Shown here in pieces: positions 39,001 to 49,500 of a DNA stretch of 52,753 nucleotides (positions are counted from its first letter, which is position 1; every line of letters begins with the position of its first letter). The DNA comes from Myxococcota bacterium. Lineage in GTDB: Bacteria; Myxococcota; XYA12-FULL-58-9; JASMKV01. The position numbers and the translations under genes were made by a program. The notes beneath the pieces were generated by a model. It was not told the DNA's origin. It ran no database searches and saw only the letters and a list, made by a program, of their open reading frames with translations. The stretch is from NCBI GenBank assembly GCA_030749035.1, contig JASMKV010000329.1, positions 1 to 52,753 on the forward strand, given 5' to 3'.

Positions 39001-42000
39001 TAAACGGTACGCAAAGACTTCCGCCATTTGCTCTAAAAGCGAAACTTTAACATCACTCTCTTCACCATGCTTTAATCGCAACTCTAAAATCTCAAGCAAC
39101 TCACCCCAGCGACTCGTCTGATTATAGAGACGTTCAAGGGCATCAAGAGCGTCAACATGGACGGGGTCAATTTCCAAAATCCCACGATACCAATCAAGAG
39201 CTGTACCGCGATCTTCAAGCTGATCTTCACACAACCGCCCTAAGTGCAGGCGCAACTCCGCCGCATATTTAGGATCCGTTGTTAATTCTAATTGACGCAC
39301 ATAGGTTCGGCTCACATCGTGCCAGCGCGCCGCCTTCGTGTAGATATTGACCATCGAGTCATAAGCTTGCTTCTCATGTCTATCGAGTTCAACAATGCGC
39401 GTCAGCGCTTTAATCGATTCATCAACGTGGTTTAAATTTTGATGCCAGATATTTGAAATCTCAAAAAGGGTTTCTTTGCGCTTGTGGTCATCATCCAAAT
39501 GCATCAGGCGCGCCTCAAGAACTGAGATCTGTTTATCAAAGCGTTCCGTTTGACCATAAAGGTCAATCAAATGGTCCATCGCCTCCATATTGCGCACATC
39601 AATATCAAGTATCCTGCGCAGAATGACTTCCGCAGATGTTCTGTCGAGCAAATGTGTCAGATAACAATGCACCATCCGCCAATACAAACTCAGGCGAAAT
39701 TCAGGATCGGGCAACATTTCAACTTCGTCACGTAACACGTGAACATATTCCTCATGTCCACCAGTTTCATCGGCCAAGCGTTCAAGAATTTCCAGGGCAT
39801 CTGTGTCCACCGGATTATCCCGAACAACCCGTCCTGCTGCCAGAAAAGCCAACTCTTTTTCACCAAGCTCCTGGTCGTAAATATCACGAATAGAGGTTAA
39901 TAACGCACTTCTTGCTGTCACATTGGCATAAGGCATAAAACTCTCATGCAGCGAAAGAAGTTTGCGCCACTCATGCTTTGAGCGATAAATGCCAACAAGG
40001 GCCTCATAAGCGTCAGGGTTTGCAGGCTCGGTCTGCAAAATACATTCATACGCGCTTAAAGCCTTAGCGCCATCATCGAGTTCTTCACGGTACAAGCGCG
40101 CCGCATCTAAAAGAGAGCCCACTTTTTCACCAGTTTCAGTCTCTTCATCGGCGACGGCCTCAAGCGTTTCTGCCATATCCCTAAACGACTTCAACTTACG
40201 AAAATGCACAACCAGTTCTTTACGCTGGGAATTGAGTAAATGTGGATTCTCTCGTAATTCCTGAGCCAAAGCCAAAGCATCATCACGACGGCGCAGATGC
40301 TCAAAGAATACGGTCAAAAGGTCAAAACGCATCAGGTTTTGGTCTGCATCATTTAAGATCGGCAGCATACGATAAGCCGTATCTACAAACGGCTCCCACA
40401 TACGTCGTGTACGATAAATCTCAAGAACCGCATTGAGTGCGCGAACATTGCCTGGCTCGGTTTCTAAAACCTCCAACCATGAACGAAGAGCTTCTTCTGA
40501 GCGACCAAGTTTGTCACCAAGAATTTCACCTAAGCGTGAACGCACTTCTTGTGTGCCACCCTCAACATCGTCACCACTTTCGAGCTGACCTTTGTAATGC
40601 TGGGCTAAGTCTTCCCAACGCTCTTCAGCTCTAAGGAGGATTTCCAATGCCTCTCGACAATCTTTTCTGGTTGGCTCCAAAGCAAGCACATTGAGCCAAT
40701 GCTCTATGGCCATACGGTTGTTTGAAAGCTCTTCGGAAAAAAGTCGGGCCAATTCACAATGGATGCGCACCTGATCTTCGGGCCCGGTAAAGACCTCACG
40801 TTGCATATCCAGATTGTCTCTAAGCGATTCCCAATCGGCAACCTCGGTATAAAACTCCTCCATCGCACGAAGCGCTACAGGATTACGCTCATCAACATCC
40901 AAAATACGCTGGTAACAAGCAATGGCACTAACCCTGTCACCCAAATGCTCTGCCTGCATGTGACCTAAACGTAAAAGCAGTTCAACACGCTTGTCCGCAT
41001 CCCGCTCGTTTTCAATCCTTCGGTCAAGGAACTCCGCTAAGCTCGCCCATTTTTGATTCGACTCCAGAATACTGTCAATGGCATCAAGGGCAGCAACATT
41101 ATCTGGCGCATAACGTAAAACCTGGTGATAATATCCAAGAGCCCGCTCTGCTTCACCAAGATGCTCATTTGTCAAAGCACCCAAGCGCTCATAAAGAGAT
41201 TGACGTAAACGTAAATCACCAAGCTCCTCGATGTCCGTATCAATAATCTCAATCAGTTCTTCCCACAAATCGTATTCTTCAGCGAGAATCTCCATGCGGT
41301 CCAAGAGCGTTAGTTCGGCACGGTTTTCACTATAAGCACGCGTTAAGCATAAAAAGGCCATATCCCCGACCCGCAACTCTTGCGCGTAAGTATCGGCCAG
41401 CGCCAAATAAATCGCATGGCGTTTGTGCCCATCGGAGGTCAGGTTAAGCTTTGAATCGAGAAGCTTCACATACTTTCTCCACGCTCCCTTGGCGCGATAA
41501 ACCTCTTCAAGCACCCCAATCGCCTCAACACTTCCGGTTGCTGCGCGCTTTTCTAAATAATGCAGTGTTTGTGTATGCTCTGGATTCTCACTCAAAATCG
41601 CATCGAAAAGGTCAGTGGCCGCCGGCAGATCATCAAGCTCTTCTTCTAAAAGACAGGCCTTGCGAAACATTAAATCCAGTCGACGCATCACAATATCGCG
41701 TCCTCGACGTTCCGTTAAGCGGCGTATCTCACCTTCGAAAAAGTCCGCCAAGGTTTCCCAATCACCCAACTCCTTGAGTAAACGCTCTACCTCGCCAAAC
41801 ACAATGGGATCATCAGGCGTCAACCCCAATAATGCACGCAGAGTGTCAACGGCCTCAGAATACTGATGCAGTTCCATCGTTTGCAGTTCTGCAATCTCAT
41901 TGAGGTACTGTCGCTTGCGCTGCTGGCTCGACGCTAAAGAAAACCGATGCTTCAAAACATCAATTAAATCAATAAAAGATTCACCGTCACGAAAGATGCC

Positions 42001-43587
42001 TTCTAACCCACCGAGCGCTTTTTCATCCCGCGGGTCCAATTCAAGAATGGCGCGATACACACGTACTGCAGCGGCAGTATCTGCAAGCTTATCGTAATAG
42101 ATGGTCGCTGAGCGCCGGAGAAACTGTAATGCCAGCTGGGGATTCGCCCCCGTTGCCTCCTCGACATAAGCATCCGCCAATGATCGCAAGTCGCCACTAT
42201 CGCTGGCGAGCTTTTCGATCCACATACGTACACCCATATCTGCAGGATCTTCACGTAGCGAAATACGCGCCATTTCAAATGCGCGGTCCTTACGGTCTAA
42301 ACGCTTTTCAAAAATATCACCGATGCGACGCAAAAGACCTTTACGTTGATCAAGCTCATTCGTGCTTTGTAGGCGTTGTTTCAAGACCCAAGCCAATTGT
42401 TCCCAATCCTGATTGACTGTATAAATGGGCTCTAAGATTTGTGCGACATCGCTTTTATGCTCAAGCTGCTCAATGAGCCCCTCAAGTCCTTCAATCGCCT
42501 CTGAGTGATTACGCTTCTTGAGTAAAACTGCACGATAATCCTCTAAAGCTTCTCCGACACGCCCCAAAGCGACTAAAGCCTCCGCGCGTTTAACTTGATC
42601 CTCAAATCGCGCAGGATTGTTTGGCCCTAATTCAATCAGTTTGCCAAGAACATTCACCAAGCCGGCTGAAGGACCTTCCTCATGTAAATGGGTTGCCAAT
42701 TCACGCAGTGATGCCAAATCATCCGACGGCGTCGGCAAATGCTGTCGTGCGTATGTTAACGCGCTTCCCTCTGGGCTCTCCGCAGAAAGCTTCTCCTTCT
42801 GGGCAGCGGCTTCTTCATCCATATTTGCAGCAATAAGAGGAGCGCCGCCTTTGTTTTTGAGTTCTTCGCTGGCGAGATTACCCAATTCAGACTCACCATC
42901 CACTGCTGCATCCTCAAGCATACTCTCTGAGGTTTCCGACACTGCCACATCAGCATCTTGTTCAGGGGCTGTCGTAAGCGCTGCATCTTCTTTTGTTTCG
43001 ATCTCTTCTCTCGCTTCTTCTGTCGAAGTCAGGTCCCCTGCTGAAGGTTCAAGAGCCTCTTGCTCTGAAGCCGCCACTGCATCTTCCAAAGACTTAAGCC
43101 AGGAAGGAACCCCTACAACATCATCGGAAGGAGGTTGCTCAGAATCTGTCAATTGCTCTTGCAAACGGTCAATGGCACGACTCGCCCGCTTATCCTCTGG
43201 TGCCAGAGAAAGGATAAATTGGTAGGTCTGAACTGCTGCAAAAGGGTGATTCTTAATGCCATCGTAAAGCATCGCTAAAGTATGCAGTGCCTGAATTCGC
43301 TCCTGCCTATTTTCAATGCGATTAACCCCGTTTTCAAGGACACCAATAAGACGTGAAAACTGTTCCGTGCGCGCAGCCAATTCCTCGAGCTGCTCACAAA
43401 GTTCACCGGTCGGTTGCAACTCGAAGAGTTCACTCAAGACGGTCAATGCTTCTTGCGGTTTCTCTAAGGGTCCAGCGTAAAGTTGCCCCAGCTCGGCCAA
43501 CACACCGGCCCGATCATGCCCCTGCAAAAGAGGTAATTCCTCTCGCAACTGATTCGCTCGTGAATAAATATTCTCTTCGACACTCAT
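36100..43587 (-). CDS. gltI: GltI/AgmK-like giant cytoplasmic TPR protein
   Basis: 2495 aa with no signal peptide; dozens of myxobacterial-type TPRs (ALDALERLY....RW.EL); terminal LIKFAASKEYLRLRKSLG; adjacent to gltJ. Confidence 0.75.
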   Translation of the reverse strand: MSVEENIYSRANQLREELPLLQGHDRAGVLAELGQLYAGPLEKPQEALTVLSELFELQPTGELCEQLEELAARTEQFSRLIGVLENGVNRIENRQERIQALHTLAMLYDGIKNHPFAAVQTYQFILSLAPEDKRASRAIDRLQEQLTDSEQPPSDDVVGVPSWLKSLEDAVAASEQEALEPSAGDLTSTEEAREEIETKEDAALTTAPEQDADVAVSETSESMLEDAAVDGESELGNLASEELKNKGGAPLIAANMDEEAAAQKEKLSAESPEGSALTYARQHLPTPSDDLASLRELATHLHEEGPSAGLVNVLGKLIELGPNNPARFEDQVKRAEALVALGRVGEALEDYRAVLLKKRNHSEAIEGLEGLIEQLEHKSDVAQILEPIYTVNQDWEQLAWVLKQRLQSTNELDQRKGLLRRIGDIFEKRLDRKDRAFEMARISLREDPADMGVRMWIEKLASDSGDLRSLADAYVEEATGANPQLALQFLRRSATIYYDKLADTAAAVRVYRAILELDPRDEKALGGLEGIFRDGESFIDLIDVLKHRFSLASSQQRKRQYLNEIAELQTMELHQYSEAVDTLRALLGLTPDDPIVFGEVERLLKELGDWETLADFFEGEIRRLTERRGRDIVMRRLDLMFRKACLLEEELDDLPAATDLFDAILSENPEHTQTLHYLEKRAATGSVEAIGVLEEVYRAKGAWRKYVKLLDSKLNLTSDGHKRHAIYLALADTYAQELRVGDMAFLCLTRAYSENRAELTLLDRMEILAEEYDLWEELIEIIDTDIEELGDLRLRQSLYERLGALTNEHLGEAERALGYYHQVLRYAPDNVAALDAIDSILESNQKWASLAEFLDRRIENERDADKRVELLLRLGHMQAEHLGDRVSAIACYQRILDVDERNPVALRAMEEFYTEVADWESLRDNLDMQREVFTGPEDQVRIHCELARLFSEELSNNRMAIEHWLNVLALEPTRKDCREALEILLRAEERWEDLAQHYKGQLESGDDVEGGTQEVRSRLGEILGDKLGRSEEALRSWLEVLETEPGNVRALNAVLEIYRTRRMWEPFVDTAYRMLPILNDADQNLMRFDLLTVFFEHLRRRDDALALAQELRENPHLLNSQRKELVVHFRKLKSFRDMAETLEAVADEETETGEKVGSLLDAARLYREELDDGAKALSAYECILQTEPANPDAYEALVGIYRSKHEWRKLLSLHESFMPYANVTARSALLTSIRDIYDQELGEKELAFLAAGRVVRDNPVDTDALEILERLADETGGHEEYVHVLRDEVEMLPDPEFRLSLYWRMVHCYLTHLLDRTSAEVILRRILDIDVRNMEAMDHLIDLYGQTERFDKQISVLEARLMHLDDDHKRKETLFEISNIWHQNLNHVDESIKALTRIVELDRHEKQAYDSMVNIYTKAARWHDVSRTYVRQLELTTDPKYAAELRLHLGRLCEDQLEDRGTALDWYRGILEIDPVHVDALDALERLYNQTSRWGELLEILELRLKHGEESDVKVSLLEQMAEVFAYRLDSIGEAVECYERALTFDAKHLSIIEKLEGLLADMGAWQRLVEVLEHHVELIGDSDKAIEIYLRAASIVEEELSDYLAAKKYYSRVRELDSTNVIALHGLGELFERTGEWRKAIEMLELEAAILKENPKAVPLWVRIGEIQNDVVMDRESARQAYSKALAIDPHCPQALKALREVARSSEQWDVYGTYLLTELETAQPSDDKVELFYEAGRYYQDVRDDEALSVRYYQQALGLDEHHLRSVDALADIYYRSQRWEDAEELYRKVITGLDAGKQRQLFCQKCYRLGTIYEHLNRADEALDYYRRSFDADSTYLPSGEGLSQALLAAGLWAEAEKVFQAILRYHRDSLTDAEAVDIYWQLGDLCLKQQQSDRAYSQFEKALTIDPRHTHSLRCLSDLDKNLENYETALERLSRLADALPENTRVEVLLEMADLARFKLRDIGRAINILLPIRHMKNPSLEHLQHIAQLYIESGDTLRAAEVFDQAIQVASGQENLAELNYRLGYLYETVLRNPRLAVQKYNQSLEHIPANDKAFTAVERILREQKDWEALEYNYRIMIVRSKDLSVGRRVELWRKLAELYHHYLEQPENGVMAYEVIESLEPGRPDDYAMLTELYAQNPDTRDKAIGRLHAVLLKQEKPLGIIRQLLDLYEKSEDWDAVFVLSEIIGFSEGLDEPQRQRFERLLTALPERPQESMRETEWKILLHPDVENPVGTLFATLCRLAPDSLTVPAKRLGLKSREQIDLERDSSPVAELITYARYVFNLPSVGLYEKRGSMETLRLCQSQPPALVVGEHNELLRQADEPAVRFQIGRVLAGARPELFLPSVYGVDELRHILFGLCAVYNPQVEIDADPEDVENWQRIFRSLPTKILQQLQPCALEAYRSVRDGGGMGQYCAGVEHTLVRSGFVLGGDLATAARGIQVGLPEGPAFPSKQFVDALIKFAASKEYLRLRKSLGLEVKDMGRETSVA

Positions 43588-43824
43588 GCCTTAAATCGTA
43601 TCCCCGTGCTGAGAAAAGACGCAGCTCACGCCTCAAGCTCAGCCTAAACCGCTTTATTAAAGCAGCCATATAGGCCTGTCCAGCGAGAAATTTCAATCCT
43701 TTAAACGCTTATGGTGCAATCTATATCGTAAAATCAGCTCAAAGAAGACTCGAACCCACTAATTGCCCCGTGCATATGTTTAAATATAGACAAATTAAGG
43801 GAAAAAAGGTTAAACCAAGAACAT

Positions 43825-44298
43825 ATGCAACCCTTTGGCGGAAAAATACGCGTCTTATGCATGCTCCTTGGCAGCTTCATCAGCACTGCCTGCGGCTTCA
43901 ATTCGACGCAGAAAAACAGTGTTTTATCAGCGCCTTACGTCAATCTCGTGGGCAGCCAGCAGGTTCATAAAATAGAGGTCGAAATTGCCGACAGCATCAC
44001 CAGCAGAGCACGTGGCCTCATGCATCGCAAAGAGCTCGGCGAAAACCACGGCATGCTTTTCATCTTTTCGAGTTCTTCGAAACGCTCATTTTGGATGAAA
44101 AACACCTATATACCACTCGATATGATCTTTATTGATGAACACCAAACGATCGTGGGCATTGTCGAAAATGCCACCCCGGAAACAACGACTGCGCGTACGG
44201 TAGATGCATCCTCACGCTATGTGTTGGAGGTCAATGGCGGCTTCTGTCAGAAGCATCAAGTCCCAGTCGGCAGCAAAGTCGACTTCCATTTGCACTGA
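43825..44298 (+). CDS. DUF192 domain protein
   Basis: VEIADS...RARGLMHR, GMLFIF, SFWMKNTYIPLDMIFID, YVLEVNGG; N-terminal signal with possible lipobox STAC. Confidence 0.92.
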   Translation: MQPFGGKIRVLCMLLGSFISTACGFNSTQKNSVLSAPYVNLVGSQQVHKIEVEIADSITSRARGLMHRKELGENHGMLFIFSSSSKRSFWMKNTYIPLDMIFIDEHQTIVGIVENATPETTTARTVDASSRYVLEVNGGFCQKHQVPVGSKVDFHLH

Positions 44299-44313
44299 TG
44301 AGAACACAGGCTC

Positions 44314-46560
44314 TTGAATACGCTCTTCAAAAAATACCCCGCTTTTCTGCTCAGCACGACATTACACACAACCTTTGCCTGCGTGTTGTGTTTTGTTCCC
44401 CTCTTTGATCTGCTGGCCTTTGAATTTTGCTTTGCGATTTCATGTCTCGCCGCCCTGAGCGGACCACTCATTGGCTACTGGCAAATCGACGACAAAAAAA
44501 GTCCCCCAAACGCCAGCATGCTCCGTTCGGTTTTTCTCCAAGCACTCACCCACACACTTCCTGCATTGGTGGTGATCCTACTTAATGCATTACGAATACC
44601 TAATTGTAATTTCACACAGGGCCTCATGTTTTTTGTTTGTTTGCCCATCGCATCAAGTGTGTATGGGGCAGCATTAGGCTTGTTGTTCAGTCTGTGGACC
44701 CATCACCTTAGGAAAAAATTTCGAATTGCTCTGTTTTTCCTCTTGCTCGCCGTGCCGCTTCTGAACATTCTTTGGGGACTCTATACACAACCCGCCATTT
44801 TTGTTTTCGACCACTTATGGGGCTACTTCCCCGGTAGTCTTTACGATGAAGGGCGCAGAGTCGATGGTCGCTTAATCGCTTTTCGTGGCTTTACCCTCTT
44901 ACGCTTAGTCGCCCTTTGGATTGGCATCCACTTCACACTCAAATGGAAAGCTGGGCAAACAAAAATAGTCACCGCATTGGTTGGCTTGATAATACTCAGC
45001 CTGAGCGTTATCACTTTGGAATATTCTCAGCGCAAAAGTCTTGGTTTTTATAGTGATCGACATTGGATTGAAGAAAACCTCTCTGAGCGCGCCGATATTC
45101 CCGGATTAACGATACACATGCCTCCCAGTATCAACGAGGAACAAAAACAAGCGCTCATTGCAGAACATCAACATCATTTAGCCAGCATCAAAGACAAACT
45201 GGGGCTCAAAAACCCTCAAAAAATAAATTCCTATGTGTATCTCAACCGCCAACAAAAAGAAACGTTGATGGGGGGAGCAGCAACCATGATTGCAAAACCA
45301 TGGCTTAATGAAATTCATATTCACCATATTACTGTGCCGCATCCAATCCTCGCTCACGAATTAGTGCATGCCCTGGCAAGTAACTTTGGCTCAAAGCTGC
45401 TCGGGGTGAGTGCAAGATTTGAAATATTTGTCAATATGGGTCTCGTTGAAGGATTGGCGGAAGCCTTAAGTACTGTTCGTGGCCCCCTTGATTTACATCA
45501 AGCCGCCAAGGCACTTATAGAAAGTGGCAAAGCCCCCAAACTCGAAAACATTCTAGCCTCACCATTTTTTTGGACCCAGTCCGCCCGGCGCGCCTATAGC
45601 TTAACCGGCTCATTCTTACGTTTTCTGCTGGAAAAATACGGAACCGATGCAATACGAAGACTTTATGCGAATGCTGATTTTATAGGTGTCTACGACAAAG
45701 ACCTCAAAACACTTCTCAAAGAATGGGAGGAGTTTATAGCGAAAATCAAGCTTCAGCCTCATGAAAAACCCATGGCCAAAGCACACTTCAAACGCAAAAG
45801 CATATTCAAGCGTCCCTGCGCCCACGAGATATCGTACCTCAAAGAACAAGCGCAAAAATGCACCCCGACCAAAGCCATCCCATATTATGAAAAGATATCG
45901 GCTTTGCTTGGGCATGCCACCACGGCCCAATATGAGCTCGCATTGGCCTTTAATCGGGCTGATGCACGTGAAAAATTTGAACAATTATCGCACGAATTAC
46001 TAAGCACCAATCAAGTTAAAAAACATGAGCGCCACCGTCTTCTTGAACGCATGGCCGTCAATCTATGGACCGATGGGCGCCTACAAGAAGCTCAAGGTCA
46101 TTTCCAAAAACTTCTTCAGGAGCACTTGAGTATAAACTCTGATCGCCTGCAATGGGTCCGTATTTGGGCGCTCAACAAAGAAGCCACAACCCATCAGAAT
46201 ATTTTAGCGTACCTGGAACAAGAAATGTCTGCCGCCGAAGCGACCCTTTTCCTGCAAGAGTCGCTAGACAAGGAGCCTGAGGATAAAACGTGGGCCTATC
46301 TTCTGGGACGACACCTCTTTAATCATCGTGCTTATACGCGTGCCCTCAGCCACTTAGAACAAAGCGCTCCCCACCCATTCAAGTTGATTGAAGGTGAGCG
46401 TATACGCCTACTCGCCGAGACTCATCGACGACTCAAAAACCAAAACGCTGCTCTGGAGAACTATCTTCTATACGCCAAGATTGCACCTTTAAGTGGTGAG
46501 CAGGCACGCGCAGCAGAATGGGTCAATCGACTCCAGCAAAATGTTCAAAACCGAGAATGA
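44314..46560 (+). CDS. Multi-TM membrane protein with gluzincin-like (clan MA) peptidase domain and C-terminal TPRs
   Basis: About 6-7 hydrophobic helices in the first ~235 aa; AHELVHA (HExxH), downstream VEGLAE, AYSLTGSFLRFLLEKYG; TPR-like C-terminus. Confidence 0.72.
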   Translation: MNTLFKKYPAFLLSTTLHTTFACVLCFVPLFDLLAFEFCFAISCLAALSGPLIGYWQIDDKKSPPNASMLRSVFLQALTHTLPALVVILLNALRIPNCNFTQGLMFFVCLPIASSVYGAALGLLFSLWTHHLRKKFRIALFFLLLAVPLLNILWGLYTQPAIFVFDHLWGYFPGSLYDEGRRVDGRLIAFRGFTLLRLVALWIGIHFTLKWKAGQTKIVTALVGLIILSLSVITLEYSQRKSLGFYSDRHWIEENLSERADIPGLTIHMPPSINEEQKQALIAEHQHHLASIKDKLGLKNPQKINSYVYLNRQQKETLMGGAATMIAKPWLNEIHIHHITVPHPILAHELVHALASNFGSKLLGVSARFEIFVNMGLVEGLAEALSTVRGPLDLHQAAKALIESGKAPKLENILASPFFWTQSARRAYSLTGSFLRFLLEKYGTDAIRRLYANADFIGVYDKDLKTLLKEWEEFIAKIKLQPHEKPMAKAHFKRKSIFKRPCAHEISYLKEQAQKCTPTKAIPYYEKISALLGHATTAQYELALAFNRADAREKFEQLSHELLSTNQVKKHERHRLLERMAVNLWTDGRLQEAQGHFQKLLQEHLSINSDRLQWVRIWALNKEATTHQNILAYLEQEMSAAEATLFLQESLDKEPEDKTWAYLLGRHLFNHRAYTRALSHLEQSAPHPFKLIEGERIRLLAETHRRLKNQNAALENYLLYAKIAPLSGEQARAAEWVNRLQQNVQNRE

Positions 46561-46571
46561 AAGCTGATGGC

Positions 46572-49500
46572 TTAAGCGCTCACCTCACTGGCCTTTAAAA
46601 GGCGCAGCGCCAACACCGCCTGCAAACGCGGTGTCATATCACCTAAGCGTCCGCGCAACCCATCAAAATAGGAGAGCAACATTTCGCGCTCTTCTTTTTG
46701 AGCAACCATAAGGTTCTCTTTGTCTGCAGAAGAAACTCTCGCTAAAGCTCTCTTCTGCTTTCGTCCCATGACCCGTAAGCGCTGTTCGTAAACATCTTCT
46801 ATCTTTTTACCCGCCTCTACACACAAGGCCGTTAAATCTTCATCAATAAGAGTTTGCGCAGCCTTATAGTTGGCATCAACCAAGCCACGCCAGCGCCCAA
46901 TCATACCACGCAAAGGGGCCGCATCCATTTTTTCCAAAGGACGCTCCACATCGTCCAGGATGCCTTCAAAGACAACCTGGCGCTTCCCACTTTCATCAAG
47001 GGCTATCGTAAAATCCTTCCCCGAAAAATAAGTGCCCAATTCCGGCGCGTCATCAGGTGCATCTAAACCGAAACGCCAAACAAACACGGCACCATCTTGT
47101 TTCCAACCGCGTAAAAGTGCCAACGATGCGCTTGCATCACTTTCCTGCTGGGCCCATTCAAAAGCCTGCTCCACCAGGGGGTGCCCAAAAGCAAAAAACT
47201 CAACATCTTCGTGATCAAGCGCGTAGGTCCTGTCATAAGTACCTACAACGACACTTTCATCATCAGAGCGACCACTCGAACTCGGTGCACCTTCAATACT
47301 GACCAATTCTGCGCTTTGCTCGCTCACTTCAAAACGACTGTGTTCGATAAAGTTTGATACAAAATTCTCGGTTTGTGCCTCAATATCCTCAGGTATACTT
47401 TCTAAGAATTCTTGTACGCGTTCCTGATTGAAGCTTGCATGGTCTAAAATAACATCAACGCCGCTGGCAATCCGTTCTCGTGAATCTTGTACTAATTTTT
47501 CTGTCTTGATAAAAAGTTTTTTCCATGCATCGGAGCCTCCACCTTCAAGAATCAGATCTGCCAATTCATCACTCACATACTCAAGAGCGTGATCGATTCC
47601 ACCCACCGTACGATCAAGTACACCGATAGACTGCTGCATGATTTTGAGAATGGCTGCTTCATAACCACTCTTGAAATAAGGCACCAAAACATTCACATCA
47701 TGACGTTGACCAACACGGTCAACACGCCCAATGCGTTGCTCTACCGTGGCCGGGCGCCAAGGCATATCGTAGAGCACAATATTGTGACAGAACTGAAAGT
47801 TACGCCCCTCACCGCCTGCTTCAGTCGAAAGCATGACCTTCGGGCCGCCGGCTTCACGAAACCATGCAACTTGCCGGTCCTGATCGCGCGGCGCCAAAGC
47901 CCGATGAAAAACCGCTACATCCTCTGCGTACAGATTGTCGAGTGAATCCTTCAACGCCTGTACTGCGACAGGCCGTTCAACAAAAACCAATAACTTCTCA
48001 TCTTCCCCAAGCGCTCTGATTTGCTCAAGCAGCCAGCGCAGACGCATATCCACTGTAGGCAAACCCTTCTCATCAACAGGACCATGAATGACCGCGTCAA
48101 CATAGGGCTCAATCTCATTGGCCAATTCGCGTGAAATGGGGCGCACAACATCCATCAATGCGCGTGGCGTCGCCCATAACGCGCGAAAGGACTCTCCCAG
48201 CAATTGGTTTTTATTTTCCATGCTGGTGAAGGTACGTAGAAGGTCTAAAATAACACCTTCACCAATATCCATCAGGTTTTCTTGTTGCTCACTGGGGGCA
48301 AGCGGAAAAAGCTGTGGGCGACGTTCAGGCAATCCGCCAACCGGTCCTCGTCTATTTCGGACCACAAAATCCGCTAAACCGTGTCTCTCCCGTAAAGCGC
48401 CTATAATGTCTGGCAGAATTGCAGCGCGTTTCTTATCGCCCGTTTTTAGTTTCGCAAAACGCTTAAAAGCTTCTTGATCATCCACATCGTCAGCAAAAAT
48501 TTGCTTTGCTTGTTTAAGCACATCCTTATCGAACTCTTCTTTGTTTTCCACCGCCAGAGCTAAAGCTTTGCCTACTTCTCTCACAAGCCCTGCACGTTCT
48601 GTCGCTTCTGCAAAAACTTCCGGTGCGTCAAAACGTTCGCTGTCGAGCAAACGTAAAAGTGCGTGATATTCTGCTGGGTCGAGAGCCATCGGGGTTGCGG
48701 TCAAAAGCAGCAAATGCTTGGTTTTCTCCGCCAAGCCTTCGACAATTTGGTAGCCTCTGTTACCGCCCTCTGCCTCGTTCCAGCGCAAATGGTGCGCCTC
48801 GTCCACAATCACCAAATCCCAATCTGCGAGTAAGGCATTTTGCGCTAAATACACATCGGACTTAAGACTATCTATGGAGACCACGAGATGTTGATGTGCC
48901 TCAAAAGGATTTATTTCACTGTATTCCCGCTCAATATCACTAAGCCGATCTTCATCCAGAAGCACCGGCAAGTCATGAACTTTTCGATAAATTTCACCAA
49001 GCCATTGAATGCAGAGCGAGTTGGGCGCCAAAATCAAAACACGGTTGGCCCGGCGCTCCGCCCGCAAACCAGCAAAGATAAGGGCTGCTTCAACTGTTTT
49101 GCCCAGACCGACTTCGTCGGCCAACAAAAGTCTGACGGGATCATTGGCGACAGCACGTGTCGCCACATCGAGCTGATGGGGTAACCATTGGGCGCGTGCC
49201 CCCAAAATTGCGCTGTGCCCTGGCCTTTGCGCAAACTTGGCTAAGCGCAGTCCTTGAGTGCGCGCTCGTAAAATTTCAGGATGCACCAAATCCAATGATG
49301 CAAGCCGCTCCTTAGCGCCAACAGCACGAATATCGGGTATCAATTCATTCTCTGCACACACCCGCCCGTCATCCAGCTCATAAGTGAGCAAACCGGATTC
49401 GTTGAGTTCATTTGCCGTTTTAATTAAAACTTCATTGCCGTCTTTATCACGCACTTTCTCGCCGGAATTCATCTTGTAACGCATCAAGACCTGTTCACGA

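Noticed and set aside
42617-43225. 202-aa Ser-rich + strand ORF (likewise 27386-27832 and 22257-22667)
   Set aside because: Antisense shadows of acidic low-complexity linkers in real genes.
43740-43765. GACTCGAACCC, resembling a reverse-strand tRNA T-loop
   Set aside because: Flanks cannot form a T-stem or acceptor stem; no cloverleaf.
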